Positions 15,641-31,098 of a DNA stretch of 64,000 nt are shown piece after piece. The translations under genes and the position numbers were made by a program. The notes under the pieces are model-generated. The model searched no databases, had not been told where the DNA came from, and worked only from the letters and a program-made list of their open reading frames with translations. This stretch comes from the human T2T-CHM13v2.0 reference genome, Homo sapiens. The stretch is taken from assembly GCF_009914755.1 (NCBI RefSeq), contig NC_060936.1. One strand, 5' to 3'. How positions within the stretch are numbered: position 1 is the first letter of the stretch; every line of letters begins with the position of its first letter.

Positions 15641-16920
15641 GAGTGTTAAGTGTGTAGATATGTATGTTATAGACAACTAATGTTCTGAGATTTCCAGAGA
15701 GAGAGAGACATGTGAAGAACACGGGGCTTGATCAGAATTTGAACGATGGTTGTGGAAGAACTGGATAAACAAAAAGGGACTTTCCAGGCCAATGACAAGG
15801 CAGGAGGAAAACAACATTATCCGGAATCATTTAAATGTACTTCTAACGCTCCAAGCCACTTGTAACTACATATTTGAAAACTCAAAATGTAAATCTGTAT
15901 CTGTGCATGCATAAACAAACAATATTATTACTACCGCACAAAACAAATCCTGCATTAAATACAATTGTCATTGCTGTCAGGAATGTATAAACAAGATAAT
16001 TAGAAAACCCAAAGAATCTTATACTTATAACTAAGCATTAAATCTCCTTATATTTTTCCAAGTACAAATGACTAAATTGCAACCCACAACAACCCAAATA
16101 AATGAAGGACTTTTACCTTAGCATTCACCAACATCACCATTCATTTTTGCTTCCATACTGTAAGACCAACAGATTTTTTAAAAAATTACATATTGAGTAG
16201 CCAGTATGAATAAGGCACCTCAAACGTGTAAGCTGCAGCTTCTTGTTCATCAGAGAAGCAGAGTTGTAAATAAAAGAATCTTTGTTTATGTAAGTTTTAA
16301 ACCTTTGGTTAAGTTTCTTTGGCTCTGATGGTTGCATAAAGCAGGTTATAATCTTGGGAACAGGTTCTAAGATTACTGTACTCACTTGGAACCAGAGGCT
16401 CCTCCTTGCTTTTTTTTTTTTTTTTTTTTTTTGGTGGTTGTTTTTTCAAACAGTTAACTCTTACGTGGCTTTGGCTCCAATACCCTGTTGAAAAACCTCA
16501 GTTAATGGCACTAAACTTTGCTGAGCCTCAATTTTCTCAGATTTTTTCTTTCGTGATTAAGGCACCTTTAACAAGTGTCTTGTAAATCAAATATAATATG
16601 TTAATGTACTCATTGAGTAAACTGACACACATATATTTGAGCATGAGTTCAACTTTCAGTGTAGCTGGATATCTAAGAAAAAATGACACCAAAACGGGAA
16701 TAAGCTTGAAAACAGAGTTGATGCGGACAAGGATATTCATTTCTATGGGATGCCACTGACATTTTTGAACAGTAGACTGAGATGCGAAAACCAGTGTCTA
16801 CAGATTATTGTATCAGTAACTTTCTAGCTGGATGGGATGAGTAAAAGATTAGGGGCTATGTAAAGTAATTAGGTGGTCATATCCAGGTGTAATTTGTAAT
16901 GGAGTGGATAAGATAGTTGG

Positions 16921-18497
<1,577 letters not shown>

Positions 18498-18862
18498 TAA
18501 AGGGAGAAACAAGATGCAATGCTATGGAATGTTTAAAAGCACTAGCTGAACCCAGCACTAGCATGAGTAGCTGTTATCTTGGACAAGTTAATTAACCTCA
18601 TTTTTAAACATATACCACAGGATAATCATAGCACCTACCTCAAAGAGTTGCTGATGTTGTTATTTCATTCAAGAAATATTTATTGAGCACCTACTCCATG
18701 CCAAATATTTCTAGGTCCTAGAGATATTGTTATAAGCAAAAGAGTCTAAATTACTACTCATGGATTTTGTCTGGTTGAAGGAAGAAAGAAAATAAGTCAA
18801 CAATTAAGATTAAGAGGGAATCCTTTTCTTTTGCTAGGTTGAATGAGTAGATATATTTAAAA

Positions 18863-18910
18863 TGTGTGTGTGTCTGTGTGTCTGTGTGTCTGTGTGTGTG
18901 TGTATGCGTG
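18863..18910. repeat. Imperfect (TG)n microsatellite
   Basis: tgtgtgtgtgtctgtgtgtctgtgtg... Confidence 0.9.
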
Positions 18911-19249
18911 CATGCACGCGCAACACTTGGTAACCAAGTCAGAACATTTTTTTCTAAAATCCCTTTTAGAATTTCTCAGATGTTACTTGTACTGCTTCTC
19001 AGTTGCTGATGATGAGACTTCTTTCACTATTTCCAACTATTTAAGTAGTTTGAAGAAGGACAGACAGAAAAACATCTGCCAGTAGTGAAGCTCTATGGAC
19101 AAAACCTGGGAATGGCTTCAAAAGTAAGGGGAGGAGCCCTGATCACTCCTGCCACCTCATCTGGAGTGGAAATGGAAATTTCAATCTTTCATTTCTCTTG
19201 AGAAGCTTCAAGCGGCAGGATTGTTTTCTATTCTCTGGTAAAAATTAGA

Positions 19250-19480
19250 GTTAACAGTTGTTGAATATTTATGATGTGCCACAGGTCATTCTAGGAACAC
19301 AGGGCTGTTAACTAATGTAATCCTCTCAACAAATGTTTAAGATAAGTACTATTGTTATCCCACTTTTACAGATAGGACACAGGTACAGATAGGCTTTATC
19401 ATCCCCAAGATTTCACAGCTGGTAAGCAGAAGAATGGGGATTCAGTCAGCTTCAGACCACTACACTATACTGCCTCTCAG
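19250..19480. mobile_element. MIR SINE relic
   Basis: aatcctctcaacaa...attgttatcccacttttacagatagg...cacagctggtaag core-like sequence. Confidence 0.7.
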
Positions 19481-20224
19481 TAGTTGATATTAGGTTAGCA
19501 AATAGATGTGAAAGAGACTTAAAATAATTTTGGAGACAGATGCATGTTCTTTCTCTTTCTTTTGTTGAAATATGTATAAACTGTTAGAATGTTCAAAGCA
19601 GTGAAGAACCAAACCACAGAAAACATATGGTAGTTTATATATCCCATCTTTTCTCAAAAGAAAACATAGACACATTGCGTATGTTCAAAAGCACCCTGGC
19701 CCCATGCCTGGCTCCCACCCATACCTACCTCCTTGTTTCACTTTTTCATCTTCTGTCAAGATCATCCAAGGCTTTTACGAAACAATTTAACAAAATAATT
19801 TCAGGAAGGCAAAAGTGCTCTGAAGAAAATCAAACAGAATGATGGGCTTGGGAGTGGACTGGAAAGATCCTTGATGAAATAATGCTTGAAATGAAATTCA
19901 AAGCATAAGAAGGAAAAAATACGTGAATATCTAGAGACAGAGCCCTTCAAGCGTGGGGATCAGCAAATGCAAAAGCCTTAGGATGGAAGGAAACAAGCTT
20001 GGCATATTTGATAAGAAGGTTGGTGTAGTTGGAGAAAGAGAGTTATCCTCACCGAGGGGAAAGAGGAACAAGATGCAGTTGGAGCGTTGAGCAGAGGCCA
20101 GGTCATGTACTGCACTATGCCCAGCAAGGAGTTAGGATTATATTCTATTGGAAATGGGAATCCATAGGAGGGTGTGAAGCAGAAAAATTACTTGATCAAA
20201 TTTGTGTTTTCAAAAGGCCTATTT

Positions 20225-20542
20225 GGGCCAGGTGCAGTGGCATATGCCTATAATCCAAGCACTTTGGGAGGCCAAGGCAGACGAATCACTTGAGCTCAGG
20301 AGTTCAAGACTAGCCTGAGCAACATGGCGAAATCCTGTGTCTACAAAAAACACAAAAATTAGCCAGGCATGGTAGTGAGTGCCTGTAGTCCCAGCTACTC
20401 CCTACTCAGGAGGCTGAGCTGGAGGATCACTTGAGCCTGGGAAGTCAAGACTGCAGTGAGCCAAGATTGTGCTACTGTACCCCAACCTGGGTGACAGAGA
20501 CCCTGTCTAATGAAAATAAAAATAAATGAAAAAAAAAAAAAA
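20225..20542 (+). mobile_element. Alu (AluJ-like) inserted in an L2 relic
   Basis: gggccaggtgcagtgg...gagaccctgtct + A tail; flanks aaaaggcctatttgg / aaaagcctttgg form a degenerate TSD. Confidence 0.9.
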
Positions 20543-21419
20543 AGCCTTTGGCTGCTCTGTGGAGACAGGACTGGCCAGGGGAAGGAAGAGTAGAGCCAAA
20601 TCGCTACTGCAAAAGCCCAGGCAAGATATGGTCAATGGGTATAAGTTTGGTGCAACTGACAGTAAAAATCTGCACACATTCAGAACATATTTGGGAGAGA
20701 GCCTGAAAGGTTTACTGACTGAGCTTTTCTGGAAGTCTTTCTATAGGGGGAATGTTTAGAAAATTCTGTGGCAACTCCTCAGATAAGGAGTTGTTAAGGC
20801 ACCAAACTATTTTCCCTAGTACCTTAGTTACTCTGGTAAATTTTTACACAAAATAATGTTCCTGTGACTTAGATGGGCCTGTCCAAAATACACAAAAATG
20901 CCTGTTTTATATGACAAACGAATTTATTAACCATGCATAAAGTGTTTCTAAAACACTGATAATGTCCCTTAGTCATAAAAACACATTCTTTCCTTGCTTC
21001 TTTGTGTCTATCAACCTCCCTCTTTTTTTTAATCAGAAACAATACTCTTCTTTGAATAAATATCTACCCAAGGTCATCATTCCTCCCTCAGCAACAGTGA
21101 AACATAGAGTCCTTTAAGTTGTCACTGTTGACCCTCACTCTACTCCCAATATTCAATGCGATTTCTTAACTTTCAGTACTACTTTACCACACATAATGTT
21201 GTACTTAAAGACCTGTGCTCATACTCCTCTTCAATTTGCCAGTGAGTCTACCAGAAATCCGCAACTGCCCAACGAAAAGTGTCCCAGTCCCCTTCTCTGT
21301 TGATGAAACTCAGTATCATGTTGAAGATACTAGTCCTGTAAGCTGGCAAGTAAAAGTTCTAGGCAAGCATATACATCAGGGAAGCAGCTATGAAGATGTT
21401 TGGCTGCCTCAGCGCACGC

Positions 21420-21443
21420 GTGTGTGTGTGTGTGTGTGTGTGT
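21420..21443. repeat. (TG)n microsatellite
   Basis: Direct reading. Confidence 0.95.
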
Positions 21444-22035
21444 ACATGCTCCCGCACACACGCACTTATAGATAAGACAGAGAATAGTCACGGCAAAAAG
21501 TGAGCTTGTTGTCCATCCTAACAAATAGGATGGAGAAACTTATGTCCAAAGACCACCAAACATCCCCAACGCTCTTCTAAAACAACTTCCAAATAACTGG
21601 TAGAATAAAACTTTTTAAAGGCTGGTAGAATAAAACTTTCAAATTGTGCCAAACTTATAAAAAGGCGGCAGAGGTAGACAGAGTTTGTGGATCACCCTCA
21701 GAAAGGTATCCTGGGTTCTAAAAGCAACCAAGTTTTAGTTCCCAAAGAAAACTGAGAATCTTCTTTTCAAATTCTGTTACTGTTTGCTTCTCATCTCAAA
21801 TTCGTAACTCTGGAGATAGTGTCACTTGATGATAATTCTGTTGGAGGGACTCCTGTAGGGTGGATCCTGAGGTTTTGCTTCTTTTCATATTGGAAGATGA
21901 AGCAACTGTTGTGGTATAACTCATTAAACTCTAAGACATGGGATAAAGACCATCTCATCATATTGGCAACATGTCGTATTCATATTCCGCCTCTATAAGA
22001 TACAAAGACCAACTATTGGATAGATAGTATAAAAC

Positions 22036-22264
22036 TAGGGTCAGCCTGTGGGTAGAATCTGGCCTGCCACCTGATTTTGTAATTAGAGTTTTTACTGGAA
22101 CACAGCCACGTTCAATCATTCAAATTTTATCTATGGCTCCTTTCACAAATACAAGGTAGATTTGGATATTTGAAACAGTGATATTACATCTAACAAAGCC
22201 TAAAATATTTGTAATATAATAATATTATATTTAGACCTTTATGGAAAAATTTGCTGATCTCTGG
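22036..22264. mobile_element. hAT-Charlie DNA transposon relic (MER58-like)
   Basis: ctggcctgccacctgattttgtaa...ttactggaacacagccac...aaaatttgctgatctctg. Confidence 0.7.
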
Positions 22265-24381
22265 TGCAAAACAATGCTTCTGGTAGCAGTAGTGGCCAGT
22301 TTGTGGTAGTGACTGCAGAAGCTCTAGTCAAAATTGGGACCTATGGCTAAATGGATAAATCCCAATGCAAAGTATTAAGATGAATTCACATGTCTATGGT
22401 GACACATCTACCATTCTTGTCTTTGAAAACAACCTCTGAGATCACAGTCGTATATTTGAGCTGTATGGTACACAGTCTTCCTTCAGAGTCTGCACATCCT
22501 GCTATATCACTCTAAACATCAAACACATTATGTGTGTTCTCTTCACCCCATTACACAAGTTCTTTCATCTCAATGAGCATTAATTTGTCAGGTGTGGTGT
22601 CCCATACATTTTTTCCTGTGCTCTATTTTTTTGTGCTCTATTTTTAAAATGTGGAAAGTAAGCTCTCCAGGAAATCCTTCATTTGGAGAATATTTTATTT
22701 AATGGCTCTCAGGAGCATAACATTGAATTAATCATAATCCTTGGATCACCCCCTTGTTCTTTTTCAGGCATGGTATACTTTTATTTATGAAATCTAAAAC
22801 TTTGTCAATAAACCAAATCTAAGAGTCTGGCTTCCCCCACTAACCCACCACCTATCTCCTCCAGTCTGAGGAAATCTCTAGATCAATCTTGAGTCCATCA
22901 CTAATCTTCCGCTTATCATTCCCTTACTTTCAATTTTATATAGTTTTGCAATTGCATTTATGCATATTCCTAAAGAGAGAGAGAGAGAGACAGAATGCAT
23001 GTGTGCCTGTGTGTATGTGTGTTTAATTGCTTTAAACTTTATATATAGAGAGATCGAGGCTATATATAACTTGAGGGAACATTTTTCTCACTCATTGCTA
23101 TCATTCATCCACATTGTAACTATCCATTCATCCACATTATTATATAATTCTCATTAATTTATTGATATAGCTGTAGAATAGTATACTGGGCAAATGCACC
23201 ACAATGTAGTCATCTAATTTTCCCTTTAATGAGCTTTTGGATGGTTCTTTGGGTTTTGCTATTTAGAACAGCTCCTACTATGTAAGTGCAAAAGTTTCTT
23301 CTGGGAATAGACTTGCCTGTGAAATGGTGCATCAAATGGTGTGTTAATGCTCAACTCTAAGAGGCAAATCCAAACTGTATTCTAGTAGTGATACCAATTT
23401 ATGCTCTCAGCAGTAATGTGTCGGTGTTATTTAAATATACTGATATTTTCAAGGTTTTTATTTTTGTCAAATGGTTAGGTATAAAATTACATCTCATTAT
23501 TTCAATGTGTATTTCTCTGATCATTAAAGAGAGTAAACATTTTCTTCATATGTTTATTGGCTATTTGCATTTCTTCTCTCTGATGTGCCTGTTCATTTAT
23601 CTTGTCTGTTATTCTATTGGGTTATTTGTCCTCTTTTTATTAACGAGTAAAGATTCTTTGTGTATTATTAATTGTAACCTGTTAGTTTTGTGCATTGTAA
23701 ATACTTGCTCCCACTGTGTTATTTGTAATTTCATTCTTTATGTTGGCTTTTGATAAACAAAAATTCTTGCTTTTTCAGTAGCCATCTTGGGCCTGAGGAA
23801 GAAAAAAAAATCCTTGCTTTTAGTACAGTCAAAATTTTAAATTTTTTCTCTTGTAGCCAATGTTTATTTGTTACTGGTTTAAGAAATCTTACCCTGCCTA
23901 AAGTTGTTAAAAAACAGAACTCTAAATTTTTAAAAGATGTTTGGAAATTTTTTTTGATATGTAAATCTTTAATCTACCTGGAGTTTATTTTTTGTATATG
24001 ATATGAAATAGAAATTCAATATTATCTTTTTCCATATAGATATGCTTCTTCCAGCTCCAATCTCTTTTCCTCCTTGATCTCTCATGCGACTGTGATCATA
24101 TACCAAAATCCCAAACATATTTCGACCTGTTTCTGGGCTCATTCTATTACACTGTGTCAATTTATCTATCCTCACACTGTGTTAATTGTTATGGCTTTAT
24201 CATAAGCATTAGAATCCAGTAGATATAATCCCAATCCACCCCTCACAGACTTCCCTTTAGAAGTGTTCTGTTTGTGACCTTTTACTTGACTGTGTAAAGT
24301 GGGAATAATCTTATCAAATTTTATGACCGTTACTTACATTGAAGCTACAGATCAATTTGGGAAGAAATGTCATCAGTATAA

Positions 24382-24659
24382 TTTTTTTTTTTTGAGACAA
24401 GGTTTCACTCCATTGCCCAGGCTAGAGTGCAGTGGCACAATCAGCTCACTGCAGCTTTGAGAACCTCCTGGGCTCAGGTGATCCTCTCACCTCAGCCACC
24501 CAAGTAGCTGGGACTACAGGCACACTCCACCACGCCCAGCTAATTTTTTGCATTTTTTTGTAGAGACGGGGTTTTGCCATATTGCCTGAGCTCAAGAGAT
24601 CAGCCCACCTTAGCCTCCCAAAGTGCTGGGACGGTAGGTGTGAGCCACTGTGCCTGGCC
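24382..24659 (-). mobile_element. Alu (AluJ-like)
   Basis: poly(T)-gagacaagg...tgagccactgtgcctggcc; TSD catcagtat on both sides. Confidence 0.92.
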
Positions 24660-24792
24660 ATCAGTATGATACTAAGTTTCATCCATGAACATGATATATC
24701 TATTTAGGATTTAGTATTTTCTTAATATGTTTTAAAAAGTATTATAATGTTACCTATAGAGATATCAAATATGTTTTGTAATATCTATGAAG

Positions 24793-25141
<349 letters not shown>

Positions 25142-25906
25142 CTAAGTTACTTTGAATGTTTATCATGATTACTTATTAAATTGTATCAAATGTTTATGAA
25201 ATGATATTTGTAGTCTATTAATGTGATTAATTGCACTTATGAATTTGTCTATTTTGTTAGGTTTTTAAAAGACCAAATATTTGCCTTTCTTCACCTTTGA
25301 AAGGTAAGAGTAAATTTGTCCAAGACTGATTCCCTGCAAGGTACCTCCCACAATGCTCCACTGGAAACTAGCTACTGTTTAGTACTTAAGGCAATCAATC
25401 TTGTAGAGTGTTAAAGTGAAGGCCTCAGGTTCTAGAAGGTTTGAATCTTAGCCCCTCACCATGACAAAGGAAGTACTGGTGTTCCCTCATTAATAAATGC
25501 CATGATCAAGGAATAAGGATATAGATAAAAATGCTGCCAGGTCACGGTGCTATGACCTGTACACTTAGACTCCATCACTTCAATAAATCAGGAAAGGGAC
25601 TTGTGCTTCCTTGGCAGTCCAAAGCCAGAAGTCCTCTCCCCAAATCTGGTACCCAGTTCTGCCAGATATGTGTAGAATGCCTAGACGATAGGGGACCTGC
25701 TCATCTGTTAGAATTTCTATCCACCAAAGTATACTCCAATAAATGATGTTCCAGAAATATTTGTGTGCCTCTTAATTTTATTTTTGTATTATTTTTTTTG
25801 ATTTTGGTATATATGTGCACATATTCCTTTCTTCCTATATTATTTGTGCTATCGTTTTGTGTTTATGACTTCTTAAGATAGATACCTAGTTAACTGATTG
25901 TAATAC

Positions 25907-26977
25907 TTTCTTCTTTTCTTTTTCTTTTTCTTTTTTTTTTTTTTTTTTTTTTTTGAGAAGGACCCTCCCTCTATCTCCCAGGCTGGAAAGCAGTGGCACA
26001 TTCTCTGTTCACTGCAACCTCCACCTCCTCCTGGGTTCAAGTAATTCTCCTGCCTCAGCCTCCTGAGTAGGTGGGACTACAGGCGCGCGCCACCATGCCT
26101 GGCTAATTTTTGTATTTTTAGTAGAGACAGGGTTTCTCCATGTTGGCCAGGCTGGTCTCCAACTCCTGGCCTCAAGCAATCCACCTGCCTCGGCCTCCCA
26201 AAGCGTGGCAGTCCAATTCTCCCTGACAATCCCACAGACAGGTCTGCATGACAGTCACACAGACAGGCCTGCATAGCACTCCAGTTACATAGACAAATTT
26301 CCACAGAGCTGCCTTAACATTGAGCAAATAGTTAAACCTAGGGAAATCAGTGCCCAGACATCAAAGCTAGAAATGAAAACATGGTCATCAGGAGCCTCGC
26401 ATAGCCTTCTCCCTTGCTGGAGCAAGTCAAAATAATAGAGACAGCCTTACATTCCTAGCGCCAGGACCCATCTCGGGTCGACAATATTTGAGATGAGTCA
26501 CGGTAACAGAGGCGGCTGTTTGAATAGATTTACTGGAGAGTCTAAGACAGCTCTCCAGATCAAGCTGTAAAGAAGATAAGCTAGAAATAATCACTCCGGT
26601 ACCACAGCAGACAGGCCTTGAAAGTACTGGAGCCCTCACAGCTTCACTGGACTTAGCAAGCTTTTTGTTTGTTTGTTTGTTTCCCTCTGACCTTCTAGTT
26701 GAAACAAAATTAGTTACCTATAGATTTAGGCGAATGCTGTACTGCACATAGGCACATATCCCCAACCTATATAAGCACTAAGAAAACTGTAACACTTTGA
26801 GTTGGTCTGGCGGAACTATCTCCAACCTTCCCCCTGTATCCAGCAATAGCAATAAATTCCCTTATTTCCTAGTTTGTCTGCTTTTCGTTATTGGGCCAGG
26901 AGAGAATGCAGCCAGACCCAGCTCTGTTCTGGGAACAAAAGTGCTGGAATTAAAGGATTGAGCCACTGCGTCCAGCC
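25907..26977 (-). mobile_element. Alu (AluS-like) split by an LTR insertion
   Basis: Alu runs to ...cggcctcccaaag (26203) and resumes aaagtgctggaatta...gagccactgcgtccagcc at 26938. Confidence 0.92.
26204..26937 (+). mobile_element. Solo LTR, class I (ERV1-type)
   Basis: (t>c)gtggca...ggaaca termini; 4-bp TSD aaag (26200-26203 and 26938-26941); TATA-like tatataa ~26768 and aataaa 26851-26856. Confidence 0.85.
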
Positions 26978-29053
26978 TCTTTTTTTTTTTTAATTTCTTC
27001 TTTTCCAATGTAAGCTCTTAAAGTTATAAGTTTCTCTCGAAGTACATGTTGCTAAGTAGTGTTTTCTTATAATTTAGTTCTAGATAATTTTTAATTTTCA
27101 TATCATGTTTTCCTTAACCTGTGAGTTATTTACTAATTTTTTTTAATTTCCAAATATGTGGAATTTCGTATTTATGTTTTGCCATTAACCAACTTAATCG
27201 CATTGTGTTCAAAGACTGGGATCTGAATGATGCTTGATTTTTTTTAATTTATCAAACTTATTTTATTGCCTGGATTCTGATCAGCTTTTGTAAATGTCTC
27301 ACACTTTCTTCAGAGAAATGTGCCATCTCTAAATGTTAGGTGCAGAAAAATGCTATACCTGTCTATCACATCAAGTTCATTGCATGTATTGTTTAGATAT
27401 TTTAGTGTTTAGATATTTTCAATATTTCCAAACTTTTACATATTTAACTTACCAATAATGAAAGGATGTACTGAAATTTTAGTATAATCCTGGATTTATA
27501 AACATTTCTCTCATATTATTAATTTGCATTCAAGTATTTTAAGGCTTAAAATTCCTACACCTCCATAGTGCATTGAATCCTTATTATTATTTGATGATAT
27601 ATTGTATTCCTAATCATTATTTTGTACCTTAAAGTCTATTTTATTGGATATGAATAACTACACTAATTTTCACTTGGCTAACATTTGCCTGATGTATCTT
27701 TTCTTCATATTTTTACTTTTGATCTTTAAACGTTCTTATCTTTTTGGTACACATTTGGATTATTTACTTATCAAACCGTATCTTTTAACTGGTGATTTCA
27801 GTCTAATCTTATTTTTTTTAATTATTGATATACTTAGACCTGCTGTTATTATCTTAATTCATTATTTCAGTTTGTCCCACTTTTTGTTTTATATTCTTTC
27901 TTACTTTATTTTAAAATTTACATCTCTATTTCCCCTTAATGAGACCAGAACTATCCTCTTGATTCCTACCATACTACCATTATCTAGACTTTCAACTTTG
28001 CATCTGGGTTTTTGTGAATATATTTGGGGAGAAGGGCAGTTAGCAATTTTTAAAGCAGCAACAAATGTTTATTCTTTTAATCGTCTTTACCTCATATATT
28101 TCATATATTTCCTGGATTTTTCTTCCTTTTTATTTAAGTATTTTATCTAAAACTGTTTTTAGTAGGAGCTTTTGTGTGGCAAACCTGAGATCTTGTCTGC
28201 CTGAGAATATTATTTTTATATTATACTCTCATTTCTGAAGAACAATTTGGCTCACATTAAATTTAAGATGTTTTTCTGTGATGGTTTTAAAATATTGCTT
28301 CATTTATTGTGGACCCCAGTGTTGCAATTGAGGAACCTGAGATTGATATTTTCTTATCCTTTTGCATGTCAATTTTTTTATTCTCTTGGGAAGTTTTTAT
28401 ATTTTTTCTTTGTCTTTGTTAGTCTTGAATTTCACTATAGTATATGTGTATGTGCTTTTCCTATTTCTCTTTTTTAACATTCTGTAAGCTCTTTCAATAC
28501 AAAGACTTGTAAAATATTTTAATTCTAGAAAGTTAGCACTTTTCCATTACCCTCCTCATCTCTTGGCTCCTCTTTTATATTTTCCTACTTTTTGTCCTTG
28601 GCTTCTTCCATCTGGAGGATTTTCTCCATCTGATATTCTCTTTCAATACCTCATTCTCAAGCTTCATCCATTCTGCTACTGATCCCATCTGCTGTGTTCA
28701 TTATGCAATTACTTTTTATACATAGTATCCTCTGTTCTTTTGGTGTTTTATTGTTCTTATCTCATATTGTTAGTAACTATACTTTTTCTTTTTTATTATG
28801 TTTATTACTTTAATTTTTTATAACTTCTAACATTCTGATTCTGTTTGTATCTGTAACCTAATCTGTTATTTTTTAATTCAAATGGCTGTGCTCTCAAATG
28901 TCTTATTATTTGAGTCTGGGAGCTCATTTTACCTTGGAAATATTGGCTAATCTGTCAGGCAATGCTGGGAAGGAAGACCAGACTTCATTTTCTGTCAGTC
29001 ACAATTAAATCGGAAAGGGAAATAATGAATGAAGATTCACTATAGAATCTCGG

Positions 29054-29054
<1 letters not shown>

Positions 29055-29083
<29 letters not shown>
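29055..29083. repeat. (CA)n microsatellite
   Basis: Direct reading. Confidence 0.95.
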
Positions 29084-29088
<5 letters not shown>

Positions 29089-29310
29089 ACAATAAATCAC
29101 TCGCTCTCCCAAATAACTCCACAGATCAAGTTTATATTTCAATTATTTGTTCCCAAGTATAAACATTATATCATTAGGAGGATTTTTTTTTTAACATTGT
29201 AATTCCCCAAACTTGAGAACCGAGCTAGCTTCGTGGGTATGTGTGACCTGCTCATGCTCACTGAGGGTGTCATGCTTGGTTTAATTGTCTGCAGGCTGGT
29301 CTTGTTTAAC

Positions 29311-29411
29311 TTTTTTTTTTTAAGAGACAGGGTGTCATGACATCGGACAGGCTAAAGGGCACTGACTATTCACAGGAGCAATTCCACTACTGATTAACAC
29401 AGGAGTTTTGA
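29311..29411 (-). pseudogene. 5'-truncated 7SL RNA retropseudogene, inside a MER91-like relic
   Basis: agagacagggt...ctattcacaggagcaattccactactgattaacacaggagttttga matches the reverse complement of the 7SL 3' end, including S-domain sequence absent from Alu; poly(T) 29311-29321. Confidence 0.85.
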
Positions 29412-31098
29412 ACAAAGGGCCCCACATTTTTATTTGGCTGAGCATCCTCATCACAAATGAAGGAGTCAACCAAGAAAAAAAATACATCATTGAGTTCAGG
29501 AAACAAAGGATCTTACTCAAATGAATAGAATTTCTGGAATGAGAATGAAAAGAAATTACTGTGCAGCAAAAATGGGGAGCAACAGTTTAATTGGATCAGG
29601 AGGATAAATGTCTCTCAAAAGGAAATTTCCAAGGAAAAATCAAACCTAGTATTTGTTGAATGTATTAAGCTGGAATGTTAAGTATTTGAACTCAGTGATT
29701 GAGAATGTTGAGTCTTTGAACCTACTGATCTAGAACGTAAGCTCCATGAATGCAGTAAGTAGCACACAGTGGTACTCAATGTATTCTTTTTCAATATTCC
29801 TGATATGACTTCACTTTTTCTAGAAGATTTGGGAAGAAACTAGTGAAAGAAACAAAGAAAACTAAGCAAAGAAAAAAAGCAAGGCAATTTTAATTACAAG
29901 AAAAACAAAAAGTTGTACAAGAAATGTAATTATACCACAATATATGAATCAGCTAAGAATAATATTTACATAGTCATAATTATATAAACATTGAATACTG
30001 ATTTAATCAAAATTATAAGGGACTATATTAAGATGTTTTCAAAAGGAGTAATGAATAGATGGGGAAGTATGTTATTTAAGAAAGCTATTTTTTTAAGTTA
30101 CATCTTTCATAGTAGATTTTTTAAATTACATATTTCATACTAGATAAAAAGCAGAAGGCCGTTACTTAGATTTTCTTTTAAAAAGAGGCAATACCAGAAG
30201 AAATGAAAAATATTGAAAATAATTGCCTTAAAAGAGGGGAATTTGGAAATGGGAAAAAGTGACAAAGGGGATTATTATTTTTGTTGTAAATCTTATAAAA
30301 TTATTTGCAGGCAATTTATACATGAATAATTTATTAAAAGTCAATTTAAAATAAAACATAAAAAATTAAACCTATATGGAACTAATAGACTCGATGACAA
30401 AAATTATGTAGAAGATGGGATTTGGTGGATGTCAAAAAGTTAAATCACGAAGTTTCCTAAACTGTTTGGGAGAATGGTCAAAACAGTGACAAACTTTAGA
30501 TCCCATTAGAAAAATATAATGTACATATATATTAAAATGTAAGGAGAGTCAAATAGAATTGTAGAAATGGAACACTGACCTTTGCTTCCAGTATTAGTTC
30601 AGAGGGGAGTTCTGCAAGACTTTCCCACTAAAGAACACAGCTTCTGTAAAGAAAACACACTTTTACAACACACCATGGGTCTCTATTGAGGTAGGGGAGG
30701 TCTAAAAATATCCTAAAACTTTATATCCTCATCCCCACACCTGACCTGCACCTGGGTTGCTCTGAAGGATGAAGACAAAAGAGCAATACTAGGATTTGGA
30801 TACTACACCTTAGGCCAGAGGCAACAAAGGGAAGCTAAACATGAGACTTGCGCACTGAGCCAAAATCTAGAGAAAAGATTCCATGTTAGTGGTGCCCCTG
30901 GATATCAATAGAAGCAGAAGAAAATTCTTCCTGTCTGCAGAAAAATGTTCCTCAATTTACATATATGATTAAGATCAAATAATCAGCTCCAACACAATGG
31001 AAAGACAAATCTTTTGAGAGAAGTAAATAACAAACAGAATCAGATTACTGAGAACTGCAGGTGTTAGAAACCTCAGGCACAGAGTATTGAACAGTCAT

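Noticed and set aside
21597-21640. 18-bp near-tandem duplication ctggtagaataaaacttt (similar ones at ~22617 and ~27390)
   Set aside because: Ordinary slippage-type micro-duplications with no further structure.
27644-28150. 168-aa hydrophobic ORF resembling a membrane protein (also 23388-23753)
   Set aside because: T-rich antisense strand of decayed L1; F/L/I bias is compositional.
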